Assembly (NCBI GenBank): GCA_964016885.1
Contig: OZ024741.1
Location: 77,996,001-78,060,000, forward strand
Origin: Eledone cirrhosa
Taxonomy: Eukaryota
Reading direction: 5' to 3'
DNA length: 64,000 nucleotides
The position numbers were made by a program, and so were the translations under genes. The notes below the pieces were generated by a model that saw only the letters and a program-made list of their open reading frames with translations, did not search any database and had not been told where the DNA came from. Position 1 is the first letter of the stretch. Each line of letters opens with the position of its first letter. Of the stretch, positions 1 through 60,084 are shown piece after piece.

Positions 1-5530
<5,530 letters not shown>

Positions 5531-5780
5531 TAGAAAGTGAGGTTTTTTTTTACAAAATGAAAAATAACGGAGGTGTCCTACACGAGTGAAAGTATAAAGA
5601 AAAAGAGATGAAATCGAAAATGCAACTGGAGTCTTATTTTTTTAAAAAATATATATATTTATTTGGTTCCTTTACCGGTTTGTCTCACAGATGTGAGAAA
5701 AACCACAGACCCTCCATCTCAACTCACCTTTTAAAAAGCAGAAGAACTGCAAAACCGGTAAAGGAACCAAATAAATATAT

Positions 5781-5788
5781 ATATATAA

Positions 5789-5819
<31 letters not shown>

Positions 5820-5847
5820 TATGTATATATATATATATATGTATATG

Positions 5848-5900
<53 letters not shown>

Positions 5901-5963
5901 GTATATATATGTATATATATATGTATATATATATCTATATATATATATGTATATATATATATG

Positions 5964-5994
<31 letters not shown>

Positions 5995-6027
5995 GTATAT
6001 ATATATATGTATATATATATATTTATG

Positions 6028-6078
<51 letters not shown>

Positions 6079-6247
6079 GTATATGTATATATATATATGT
6101 ATATGTATATATATATGTATATATATATGTATATATATATGTATATATATATATATATGTATATATATATGTATATATATATGTATATATATATGTATAT
6201 ATATATGTATATATATATATATGTACACATATATATATGTATATATG

Positions 6248-6305
<58 letters not shown>

Positions 6306-6353
6306 TATATGTATATGTGTATATATATATGTACATATATATGTACATATATA
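5781..6353. repeat. (TA)n/TATG microsatellite
   Basis: Directly visible. Confidence 0.95.
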
Positions 6354-6722
6354 TTCGTGAGCCTCCTTTTTTCAAGTAAAAAGAAATTCAAACACTCATA
6401 TATGAAAAAACAACCTGTGACAACCCCCCCCCCCCTCTCTTATTTGAAGAACTATTGTAACGCGAACTGGCGCAAAATTTATTATAATTATTGACAAACC
6501 AATCAAATTACTTCTCGAAAAACCTGGCTTTCGAGCCACTTTTTCCATATAAAACAAGTAACATTCAGAGACCAACCAGATGTGAGAAAAACCACAGACC
6601 CTCCATCTCAACTCACCTTTTGAAAAGCAGAAGAACTGCAAAACCGGTAAAGGAACCAAATAAATATATATATTTTAAAAAAAAATAAGACTCCAGTTGC
6701 ATTTTCGATTTCATCTCTTTTT

Positions 6723-11748
<5,026 letters not shown>

Positions 11749-11963
11749 GCTAATACATTTCTATAGTTGCATACAAATGAATACATACAAACATACAATG
11801 TACTCCCTACCATGACCTGACAAATGTAGTGAGAGGGTTCAGAGGTCTCAAGAAGGAATAGCAAAATAGTTTCAGCAATTGATCAATATGGTGACCCTTT
11901 TCCCCCCTCCTAAAAATATTTAAAAAAAAAAAGTGTGGGGCTTGTGACGAGACTCAGCAGCTA

Positions 11964-12014
<51 letters not shown>

Positions 12015-12922
12015 TCAGCATTCACTCTGGAAGCTGGCATAACTCCACCTAAAACACCTGTCCAACCAACCTTGCCACTAAAGACAACATACTCACACAT
12101 ACACACACTTCGACTCATGAGCATCACTAAGCAAAAAAAAAAATTATGAGGCATGTCAGTTAGAGTGTGAGTGTGTCTAAGTGTGCAAGGCTAGTGGATG
12201 TTGAAAATGTTGGAATTAATGATTAAAAAATGGTGGGAGAAGGGAAATTTGTTTTGAATGTACAGAATGAAAGTGAGAGAATGAGAGGGCGAGAAGGGGG
12301 ATTGAGATTTGTAGGGGGAGGGGAAGAGTGACAGAATTTTAAAATCAACAGATAAAAACAAATATCTATTATTCTTCCCTCAACTCCACTCCAAAATGTA
12401 CACACCCAAACGCAAACCATGCCTACACAGACAATCACACATACATGCAGCCCACACTCCTCACACATAGAATATACAACACAAACACACCAAGAATACC
12501 AAACATACAATAAATCCACATGTAAATATCCATCCATACATGAATGAACTTAAAGAAATGCAATGACCTATACATATATGCAATTATGCATTATTTATGT
12601 GCACTTAATGCACATATCTTACTTTCAGAAAACACACATACACACACACAAACAATAGATTTAACATGACAAAGTGCACCAAGTTGAGAAAGAAATAAAC
12701 AAAAAAAAACCCACAAAACACAACACAACACGGAGGGAGGGGGTAACTTCACAGTCCACGCAATGTACTCATGTACCGATCAGACTAGCTGTCCCTGTGT
12801 CCAGTTTCTTGCTTTTTTTGCTTTTTTGAATAGTCCCAGTTCATGTATCTGATTTTTAAAAAAATCTGTCCCACCCACCCTTCCCATCAATATATATGTT
12901 TGTGTGTATATGTATTTATGCC

Positions 12923-12964
<42 letters not shown>

Positions 12965-13055
12965 AATACATATATATATATAAATACATATATATATATA
13001 AATACATATATATATATAAATACATATATATATATAAATACATATATATATATAA

Positions 13056-13094
<39 letters not shown>

Positions 13095-13108
13095 TAAATA
13101 TATATACA

Positions 13109-13146
<38 letters not shown>

Positions 13147-13247
13147 CATATATAAATACATATACATATATAAATACATATACATATATATATATAAATA
13201 CATATATATATATATAAATACATATACATATATAAAAATACATATAC

Positions 13248-13278
<31 letters not shown>

Positions 13279-13309
13279 TATACATATACATATATATATA
13301 TATAAATAC

Positions 13310-13340
<31 letters not shown>

Positions 13341-13431
13341 AATACATATATATAAATACATATATACATATATATAAATACATATGTACATATACATAAA
13401 TACATATATATATATATATACATATATATAC

Positions 13432-13462
<31 letters not shown>

Positions 13463-13498
13463 CATATATATACATATATATATATATACATATACATA

Positions 13499-13534
<36 letters not shown>

Positions 13535-13537
13535 CAC

Positions 13538-13588
<51 letters not shown>

Positions 13589-13619
13589 CATATATATACA
13601 TATATATACATATATATAC

Positions 13620-13654
<35 letters not shown>

Positions 13655-13675
13655 CATATATATACATATATATAC

Positions 13676-13710
<35 letters not shown>

Positions 13711-13924
13711 CATATATATACATATATATATATATATATACATATATATACATATATATACATATATATATATACATATATATATATACATATATATACA
13801 TATATATATATATACATATATATACATATATATACATATATATATATACATATATATATATACATATATATACATATATATACATATATATACATATATA
13901 TACATATATATACATATATATACA

Positions 13925-13962
<38 letters not shown>

Positions 13963-13963
13963 C

Positions 13964-14050
<87 letters not shown>

Positions 14051-14059
14051 CATATATAC

Positions 14060-14090
<31 letters not shown>

Positions 14091-14119
14091 CATATATACA
14101 TATATATATACATATATAC

Positions 14120-14181
<62 letters not shown>

Positions 14182-14203
14182 GTATATATATATACATATA
14201 TAC

Positions 14204-14279
<76 letters not shown>

Positions 14280-14381
14280 ACATATAAATACATATATATA
14301 TATAAATACATATATATAAATACATATATATATATAAATACATATATATATATATAAATACATATATATATATATAAATAC

Positions 14382-14414
<33 letters not shown>

Positions 14415-14620
14415 CATATATAAATACATATATATATATATAAATACATATATCTATAAATACATATATATATATAAATACATATATATATATATATATA
14501 AATACATATATATATATTCATATACATATATATATAAATACATATATATATACACACATATATATATGTGCATGTATATATATATATACATATATGTATA
14601 AATACATATATAATATATAT
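12923..14620. repeat. (TA)n/TACA microsatellite downstream of the LRR gene stop (probable 3' UTR region)
   Basis: Repeat directly visible; 3' UTR assignment inferred from position only. Confidence 0.93.
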
Positions 14621-15043
14621 ACCTGCAACAACAGCACCTTTTTTTCTTTTTCTCTCTTTTTCTTTTCATTTTGCAGAGAAACAGTAGAGGAAGAGAGATA
14701 CCTCTCTACCACCTCAAATCAATTAACTTTACCCTAACCACCCTTCCCACCATACAATAAAAAACAAATGCTTCAGATATGGGAAACCTTTTTTGGGAGA
14801 CTGATTCTTGACCATTAATTTTCTCCCTCTCAATCTCTCTTTCTATTTCTCACTTCTATTCTATCATACTCAATCTCACTTTCTCCCTCTCTCTCTCTCT
14901 CTTTCTCTCTCTCTATTTTTCTAACATACACTCACTCCCTCTCTCTGAAGTGACAGCAGTCGGCATCTGCCTTTCCGTTGGCCCTGACAACAAGACGTCG
15001 GGGAGGGGATGCGAACCCTTGTTGTTTGGTACGAACCCAATGG

Positions 15044-51308
<36,265 letters not shown>

Positions 51309-51460
51309 GGTGAACCCAGCACAGCGGCCAAGGCTGGCATGCTCTGGGGGAAAGAGATTGACTTAGATTTTTCTTATTTTTTTGCCTTTTCTTCCCTCTT
51401 CTTGTATAATTCTCTGGTTCGGTTTGCGTTTTAATGTGGAAAGTTTTGAATATTCAGGGA

Positions 51461-51499
<39 letters not shown>

Positions 51500-51512
51500 G
51501 TGTGTGTGTGTA

Positions 51513-51561
<49 letters not shown>

Positions 51562-52779
51562 TTCTGTGTGTCCGATTTTTCTATTACCAGTGATTTCACA
51601 TTTCTTCCCTGTTACATCTCTTCAGTCATCAAACAATACTGGGTTGCAGCTAGCTAAACTCGCTTGCTGGCTGCTCTCTCTCTCCCTTTATATATAACGA
51701 TGTTGACGCGACGGACATCAAAAACACAACACTCACGTAATACACTGTTTAGTTATCAATTATTGTTAATCAATTAAATTAATTATCACTATATTATTAC
51801 TCTTGTAATTATTGCTGCTTTAAATCCGCGCTGGGTTACCATTTCCAGCGACCACCACACCACACGATTGCCCGTCGTCGTCGATGACGGCTGCGGCTGT
51901 TTGCATACATGTCTGACAAAACAATCCAATCTGGGATGGTCGCCATCATCACTGCATGTCTCTCTCCCTCTCTTTAACTCTATCTTTTTCTCTTGCTCTT
52001 TCCCTCTCTATTGCTATTTCTTCCTCTCTCTTATTCTTTCTTTTTCCCTTTATATATGCATATATATATAAATATATATGCATATATAACTTGCGCAAAG
52101 ATTATCTCCCCTAGCTGTGAGTTGTTCTCCGATCGATGAGGCGCACTTCCTCGGATAAAAACACAAAGCACTTGTAAGGAAAAGAAGAAAAAGAAAGAAT
52201 GAGAGAGAGATTGGAAAAAGGCACTTGTATTTCGTAAAATCACCTATTGTTGATGATATATAACCACTTTCCTTCTCATGCGCTCTTTCCATTTATCTAT
52301 TTACATACTTTTTATTTTTACTCTACTCGGCTCTTCTCAGTCTTTCGCTTTCTCCACCCCTCTTACTCATTTAATCCTTCACATACATACACACTCTTTT
52401 TCCCTCGCTTCTCCCTAATTTTATCTTCTCTTTCTCCCACTACATGCACCTTTACAAAATAGCAGATAATAATCCCTCACAAAAAATATATTTTATTTTT
52501 AGATTGCAATGCAAAAATATATATATTTACACATATACATATGTAGTGAAAGAGAATAGATGGATGTGAGTGAATGTGTATAAGTGTTTGTTTCCATAAA
52601 GCATGTGATTCTTTTAACATAAAAAGACATGTAAAATAATGTATATATATATATATACGTGTGTGTTGACATCTTACATTTTAGTCTCCGCAAAAATAAA
52701 ATTAAAGCATAAAATGGAAATATAGTTTTATGGATTGTTTATTCATTTTGTTTTTTGAAAAATACATAAATAAAAATCC

Positions 52780-53320
52780 AGCTTTCGTCACGATGATTTA
52801 TTAAAAGCTCTTATCTACATTTATGAGAAGGAACGAGAAAATTGGATCATATGATTGTCAATGACATTCCGAAAAAGCATCGCGGGTTAGGCGGGAGTAA
52901 AATTAAATGAAAGGGCTGAGAATCGAAATAAGAGTGGGGATCTCACCGAGATCTACTCTCTCTCTCTCTCTCTGCACTCGGTGCTCGTCACATCATAAGA
53001 CTACATTTTCTCAGCGACCGTGTGACGGGTAAAACTTAACAGCTATAATTATTCAGTTAGTTCGAACTATCGGGATTTCTGACGGAGTGATATCCACGCG
53101 CACGGCGCGTGTGTGTATATGTTGCACGTGCACATGTTTGTGTATGCTCACATGCTTATATTTATGGCGAGCGATAAAGAAAGTCAATTTGCGAATCGAT
53201 TTCGATCCTCGGTTGGAGCCAGTACACTTTCAAATATTGTTTAACATGTCTTACAGAAAATTGTGATGCTCGTGCACCGTCGTCCTTCCGAATATATTTG
53301 CAAGCGTGGAAGCCCCTGTG
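52780..53320. promoter_or_regulatory. CpG-rich region upstream of the LRR gene, candidate promoter
   Basis: Visibly higher CpG density than the introns, CACGTG and GCGCACGGCGCG motifs, ~1.5-2 kb upstream of the first coding exon; TSS not determinable. Confidence 0.4.
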
Positions 53321-54169
53321 TAGTCACTCGACCTGCTAAAAGTAGCAACTAAATCTCCCTAATATCGCACGAATAAAAAGATACATTAGATAATACCTTA
53401 AATACCCCTAAAAAAGATTGGGTGGTTAAGGCTGAAATATTTTTAATCATAGTTCTGCTCGATAAGGGCTAACTTAGTGATAAACAAAACCTTTGCAGAA
53501 GGCGTCCCTGGTAAATTCTTTATTTCACCCAGTCATTCTATTAATCTTTGTCTTCCTATGTATCTATTTAATTATCACTGTATCTCTTCTTATTTCTAAT
53601 TTTTTTAAATTGAGTTCTATATGTATAGAATGTGTGTATCCATGTACATGGGTTTATATATAGATGTGTGCGCGCGCGCGTCTGCTGCTACTAGGTAAAC
53701 TGTTTGGCTGGTTGGTTGGTGTAGGGCTCGTGATTGATGGCAATCGATGATTGGCTGAAAATGTGAACCTTTCGAATCTTCGATTGTTTCCGAGGGAACT
53801 GTGGTAAAGGTTTTCTTGCCATAGTTGTTTTCCTTGTTTCCACCTGTATTTATTTTTTGTGGGTTTTTTTTTCGACTAATAGATATTTTTATGTAAGGGA
53901 ATTTATGAAATTACATATAACTCTCTACATAGATAATGTGTCAAGGGGGCGGGGGTATGGCAACAATAGATAGATAAGTTGGTTGATTGATAGATGTGTA
54001 GTTTAATAGATGAGTAAGTTACTTGGTAGGCAGATAGAAAGACGGGTGGGTGGATGGATAGATAGATAGACAGGTGGTACTTGATAGATAAAAAAAAATA
54101 CGTTTATTTGAGCATAGCACGATTCCAAAGAAATACAATTCAGGAAAATTATATAGTTTTGTGGATGCG

Positions 54170-54622
54170 TATGCGCAAAAATATAAAAAGACATATAATA
54201 ATACAATGCTTACAGAACGAAAGCACAAACAAATATAATATAAAGGAAAGGGAAGGGGAAAACAGAAAAGAAAAAAACACATCTGGGACCACATACAACA
54301 AAGGGCAAGCGAGAGGGGTGGACAACCGAGCTGCCACCGGAGTAAAAGATAACAGTATTGCGAGGAGCACTGGGAAACCTCTCTAATGATTTTTTAGGCA
54401 AGTCAGCACGCTCGCAGCGTTACCTCGGGTGATGGCGAGGCTGATGTGCTGGAACAACCAACCGCCCTCGCGAGCTTCACCAGTTACTTCTGTTAGGAGA
54501 GCCGCCAGCGAAGATGGGAATCTCGCAGTCAGTAGCCCGACTCCCCCAAACGTCTCGAACACCACAGGCTGGAAAATGTAGTTGGCCGACATATCACAGT
54601 ATTTTAGGGTTTTGTCAGTTAC
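54170..54622 (-). mobile_element. CRE-type (restriction-like endonuclease) non-LTR retrotransposon 3' fragment
   Basis: KYCDMSANYIFQPVVFETFGGVG...REGGWLFQHISLAITRGNAASVL matches the C-terminal RLE signature of CRE-like elements; 3' boundary approximate. Confidence 0.8.
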
Positions 54623-56802
54623 TAGGTGAGTAAATAGATATATAGATAGGCAGACAGACAGTTGGGTAAGTTGGTAGCGTGATAGATAAATAGATGGGTA
54701 AGTTAGGAGTTAGTTAGCTAGATGGATGGATGGGTAGATAGATAGATAAATGGGTAAGTTGGTAGGTAGACTATATTGATTTAGTGGGTGAATTGACAGC
54801 CAGTTCGATTGATTCAATGGCTTACCCAAAATAAATGTGAGTTTGTATATAACTTTATGTATCATATAATGTGTATGTGTGCAGATGAATGCGTCTGTGT
54901 TTATGTTTATGGTCTAAACCCCGCTGCAGTTTATTTTAGTCACCCAAGTAACATAGCAGTTCGATAACCAGGGATCGATAAAATAGGTTCCTGATTAAAA
55001 CATAATTGTTGGCGTCGATATGATTGACTGAACTCATGCCTTGACAACGGTGTATAGCATGGCCACGATCCAGTGACTGGAACCAGTGAAAATTTGAAAA
55101 GAAGAATGAGACGAGGTGGGAGAGAGAAATGAGTACATAAATGCACGCACGACTCCGTGTCTATGTGCATGTGCACGTCAATATGCGTGTGTGTGTCTAT
55201 GTGCGCGTGTGCATGTATGTTCATCTGTGTGTGTACGTATTTATGTGTTGGATAGGAATGCTTTGAATGAATGATGCAGGGGAACGGTATTTCTTCTGTC
55301 TGTCTATTGGAAAAGTGAAGTGTTATTATTACAAAATATATTTTATTATCTAATCCCTAAAATGTGTGGTGGCCTTGTGCCAATGTTTATAAATGTTTAT
55401 CTGAAACATTTTTTTAAAAAATAAATTAATAAAACTATTCTGAAAGTAACACATTCCTGAAATCTTTACTAAGTCAAGATGTCCAGGTTTCTCAATTCCT
55501 TTGCTGGCATTTATGGCATGTGATGTTATGTTCCAAATCAGAAGAATGTATGTGTGTGTGCATCCTTGCATGTGTGTGTCTTTGTGTCTGTGTGTGCGCA
55601 TGTATGTATGTAAGTACGCATGCAGTCATATGTATGTGTGCATTTATTAGTATGTGTGTATGCGGGAGGGGGGACACACTTTGGTAACGAATGTCTGGAA
55701 TCATGCCAACGAACGATTTTCTTACAAAAATAATGGATAGAAAACTCAGGTAACGAGCCATAACTGCACTTTAGTATCCCCTCTGACAGCTTTGTTTCCT
55801 TACAACTTTCTTAATAATGCATACTTTTTAATGAAATTTAGCATTTATGTTTTTCATAATATAAATTACGATAGTGTTGATGAAATAAATTTGTTTGCTA
55901 ATTAATTCAATTTTGTTTATAATACTTTCATTAATGTATAGGTCTGTTCGTTAATACTTTCGTTTACTGAATAAATTCCATTTGCGTTTGTAGTAGGCTA
56001 AATGTAAAATGTAAACTAGGAAATGTTTTTATTCTGTCTTCCCATTTCATGTTAATAAGGAATCATACTTGTTAGGGTGATGGAATTTCTATAGGCACCA
56101 CAATGTAATTTCTACAACAATCAATTGCAAAGAAGAAAATTCACTTTTTTCTTTTAAATTTCATCAACATAATCGTAATCGAAACCTTTAAAAACTCTGT
56201 AAAATTTCATTTAAAAAATTTTTTATAATTAAAAGATTTATGAAGAAACAAATTTGTGGAGTGATGGGTCTATTTTCCATGCTTACATGGGTTAGCCAAA
56301 TTAGCCCGTTCTATGGCTAGATTAGTCTGGTGACCATGTCCAGCTCCTATATTACATTTTTTTTAATTTGGTTTCTGGATGCCCTTCCTGATGCCAACCA
56401 CTTTACAGCGTGTACTGGGAGCATGGTTTCTAGGGCTGGATGTCCTTCCTGAGACCAACAACTTTACAGTATGTACTGGGAACATTTTATAATGACTCTT
56501 GCACTACCACCTTACTGGATAAACTGGGTGCTTTTGTTGTAGGACCATCACTACTACTTTATAGAGTGAGCTAGATAGATTTATATCAAAGCACCATCAC
56601 TGGGGAGACGTAGATACAAGGTGAGTGTCATTCAACTGTGGTAAAGAAAACGACAGGCTGGTTGATTATACTTTTTAACTCTATCTGGGTTAATAACATA
56701 AGTATTAAGTACTATATGCATGATTCAGCCTACAATGCTTCCTTCTCTACAAATTGTGGTCTTGTGCCAGTGTGAGTAATTACCATCTTAGTAGGGTGAT
56801 GC

Positions 56803-58200
56803 TTTAGTGTTCTACCAGACCCAAGATTATTTACTTGAGTAAATATCACCGGAATCTAACTACTAAATTTTATACAGAAAAGGATAAGATATATTTACAA
56901 AACACAATATCGAATACAAGTCTTCATTTTTATTATAACTCTGTTATAATTCTTGTACACAAATATCCTCGTACATATTTAGGTATAGTCCAAGCCCATG
57001 ATTAACATGTTTATCTTCAGTGTTGTCGGTTCGAAGGAAAAGCGCCAAAGAGAGAACTTGGCGTAACCATGCCTGGCCTTAAGGCCAGGCGGCCAAGAGG
57101 TGAAAAAGAGAAGGATAGCTTTCAGCTCTCTCCTTTATAGTTCCCTAGACGGAAGTCACAAAGAAGGTTCTGGAATTTCAACAGGAAGTAACTCCAGCTC
57201 CCTCCTGTCTAGAGAGCGCTACAAGACTCCCCTCTCAGACAAGAAGTCGAATGACCAAATGAAATCATTGTAGCGAGAACGAGAGGAGCAAAACGAAAGG
57301 TACAAGAACATGAATGAATAAAACATGAGCAAGCAAATAGCAAAATGAGCATGAAACAGTAATGCATTTTTACAAAGAATGTTTGAATGTAACAAATGAT
57401 AAATCATAGTCATACAAAGGAGCAGAGAATATTGATGCTCAATGGTAAAATCAATGTTTTTCAAAGTCAAATAGTTCATACATCACTAGTGTACAGACTT
57501 TTCTGACACTAGTTCTATCTGAAAACTGAAAAAGAAGAGGTATGTTAATGCATGCTACTGGGGTTTAAATATATATTGTTTTTGAGAGTTTTTGTGGCCA
57601 TTTTGACAACTAAATACAACGAGTTGGGTTGAGTTGAGATAACATGTCAAACAAACAGTAACAAACAAAATTAAGAGTTTTAAGCAGAGGAATGCACGGT
57701 CTACTGGCAAGTAGCTTTGCTACAATACCCCCTGTTTAGATCAGAAGGCTGCATGTTCGAAACACGTCGGGGTCACCATTTTAGTGTTCTGCCAGACCCA
57801 GGATTATTTACTTGAGTAAATATCACCGGAATCTAACTACTAAATTTTATACAGAAAAGGATAAGATATATTTACAAAACACCATATTGAATACAAGTCT
57901 TCATTTTTATTATAACTCTGTTATAATTCTTGTACACAAATATCCTCGTACATATTTAGGTATAGTCCAAGCCCATGATTAACATGTTTATCTTCAGTGT
58001 TGTCGGTTCGAAGGAAAAGTGCCAAAGAGAGAACTTGGCGTAACCATGCCTGGCCTTAAGGCCAGGCGGCCAAGAGGTGAAAAAGAGTAAGATAGCTTTC
58101 AGCTCTCTCCTTTATAGTTCCCTGGACGGAAGTCACAAAGAAGGTTCTGGAATTTCAACAGGAAGTAACTCCAGCTACCTCCTGTCTAGAGAGTGTTACA
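56803..58200 (-). mobile_element. Non-autonomous LTR retrotransposon (TRIM-like, probably Gypsy-dependent) with tRNA-Trp PBS
   Basis: Direct repeats 56803-57223 and 57780-58200 (421 bp, about 11 differences by eye); ATGC at 56799-56802 and 58201-58204; PBS TGGTGACCCCGACGTG 1 nt from the 5' LTR; PPT GAGAGGGGAG just before the 3' LTR; no recognisable internal protein. Confidence 0.9.
57738..57778 (+). other. 3' half of tRNA-Trp(CCA) including CCA (extended primer-binding site of the LTR element)
   Basis: AGATCAGAAGGCTGCATGTTCGAAACACGTCGGGGTCACCA differs at about 2 positions from the recalled metazoan tRNA-Trp 3' half; no intact 5' half. Confidence 0.85.
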
Positions 58201-59509
58201 ATGCATTTACAGAATCATTAGAGCATCTGTCAAAATACCTTGTGGTCTTTTGTTCTGGCTTTTTACCTTCTGAGTTTAAACTCCACTGGGGTCAACTTTG
58301 CCTCTCATCATCCCACTGTTGATAATATAATACACCTATTAAATACTAGTATCAAAATTCAACTGTTCTCTACTCCAAAATGTGTGCCTATGCAAGAAAT
58401 TATTATTTTAGTAGGGCGGTGGGCTGGCATAATTGTTAGGACATCAGACAAAATGTGTTGTGGTATTTAGTTATGGCCCTTTATATTCTGAGTTCAAATC
58501 CCACTGAATTCAACTTTGCTTGCTTCCCTGCGAACATGATAAAACAAAGTACCAATCAAATACTGATTCAATTTAATTGACGACAGCTGCTTCCCCATCC
58601 AAAAATACTTCAGATGGTGGACTTAATTGGTTGCTACTACTTACTTAACTGGTACTTTATTTTATCAACTCTTGAAGGATAAAATATAAAGTTGACCATA
58701 GTAAATTTTGAATTATAACTTAAAATACCATAAATAAATACTGCAAAGAATGTTGCTCCACCAATTCTGCCAATTCACTGCCAATATTAATAATTGTTTC
58801 TACTTTTGGCACAAGGCCAGCAATTATCCCAATGTATTACTGGTTCTTTATTTTATCGACCCCATAAGGATGAAAGGCAAAGTTAACCACGGCAACATTT
58901 TAACTCAGGTCATAAAGGGCCGTAACTCTGTGTTGCAGAGCAGGGTGTCTGACTCTCTACCGATACTGCCAAATCTATATATTAATTTCAACAATGTCAG
59001 TATTCCGTGTGTCATAATTCTCGATTATCATTGGTTCATAGGTTTCAAACGACTCCACCCACCTCAACGACGCCAAACTTAAATTAATAAGCATAATGCC
59101 AATGAGGGAGTGAGAGGGGAGAGTAAGAAACAGAGAGGCAAAGTGAACGCTGTAACTATTACCATGTGTGCGTGTGTATGTACGTGCGCGTATGTTTATG
59201 TGTGTGTGCGTGTGTGCAGCGTTCCACAGAAAGTAAAAACTATCAACATGTGTAAGTGTGTATAAGTGCACGGGTGCGTGTGTGTGTGCGCATTTCTATG
59301 CGTGTATGTGTGCATACGTGGGGCGTTCCACAATCGCCACGCAGTTCATCTGTCTGTGTGCCTGTCTGTCAGTCTAACATACACAGAGTTGTGAAGGGAG
59401 TAAATAGGGACCTTTTTTACATTGACGGACATCTTTTATATTTACTATTGTGTCATTTTTTGACAATTGCTCGAAATGAATACTGATAATAAAAGCAATT
59501 CGACTTTAT

Positions 59510-60084
59510 CAAACAGTGAACTACAGCGGTGACGGCGTGCAGCCAGGAATGAAGAAGAACGGGCCGAACAGCGCCATCGGAACACCGAACTTCAGAGGCA
59601 AAGACGTGCCACTATGAATGAAGAGGAGCTGGCTGAACAACGCCAACGAAATACTGGAGCCAAGCAGCGACGGCGTGCTGCGATGGTTGAAGACGAACTG
59701 GCTGAACATCGTCTTTTATATTAATTATCTATATCTATATCTACATATAATATAAAAGATTGGAACTTCCATCATCCTTTTGAGAAACGTGGAACCACGC
59801 CTATGCAATGATACACGTTTTACAGTCAGGCAGAAGATGAACCATGTCCTAGAGGTCACTATTCTAGGTGGGAGCACCTAGAATTGTTCATATACTATGC
59901 ACAAACAGTACAACGAAGAATCTGGTATATTTGGAAGATTTTTTTTTACTGTTTTCTGTATCACACAGACACCACGGACTCGCCTCATACTGTAACCAGA
60001 CAAACATCCAATACAGTCATTTTCTCTTTTACCTGTCTTCTCTTATCATCTGTTTACCCGGGCGAAGCTGGGTATGTCAGCTAG
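59510..60084 (+). mobile_element. Internally deleted Helitron remnant
   Basis: 23-aa E/R-rich repeats (NEEERAEQRHRNTELQRQRRATM); PIF1 helicase pieces GTSIILLRNVEPRLCNDTRF and RVGAP..TKNLVYLEDF; 3' hairpin ACCCGGGCGAAGCTGGGT followed by CTAG|T. Confidence 0.85.

Noticed and set aside
12850-14621. 3' UTR intron removing the TA array (minus-strand CAG|GTATAT at ~14621)
   Set aside because: Donor is weak and there is no convincing acceptor; cannot be supported without transcripts.
57690-57778. Intact tRNA-Trp gene
   Set aside because: Only the 3' half matches; the upstream resemblance (TGGCAAGTAGC) is weak and the anticodon loop is not preserved.
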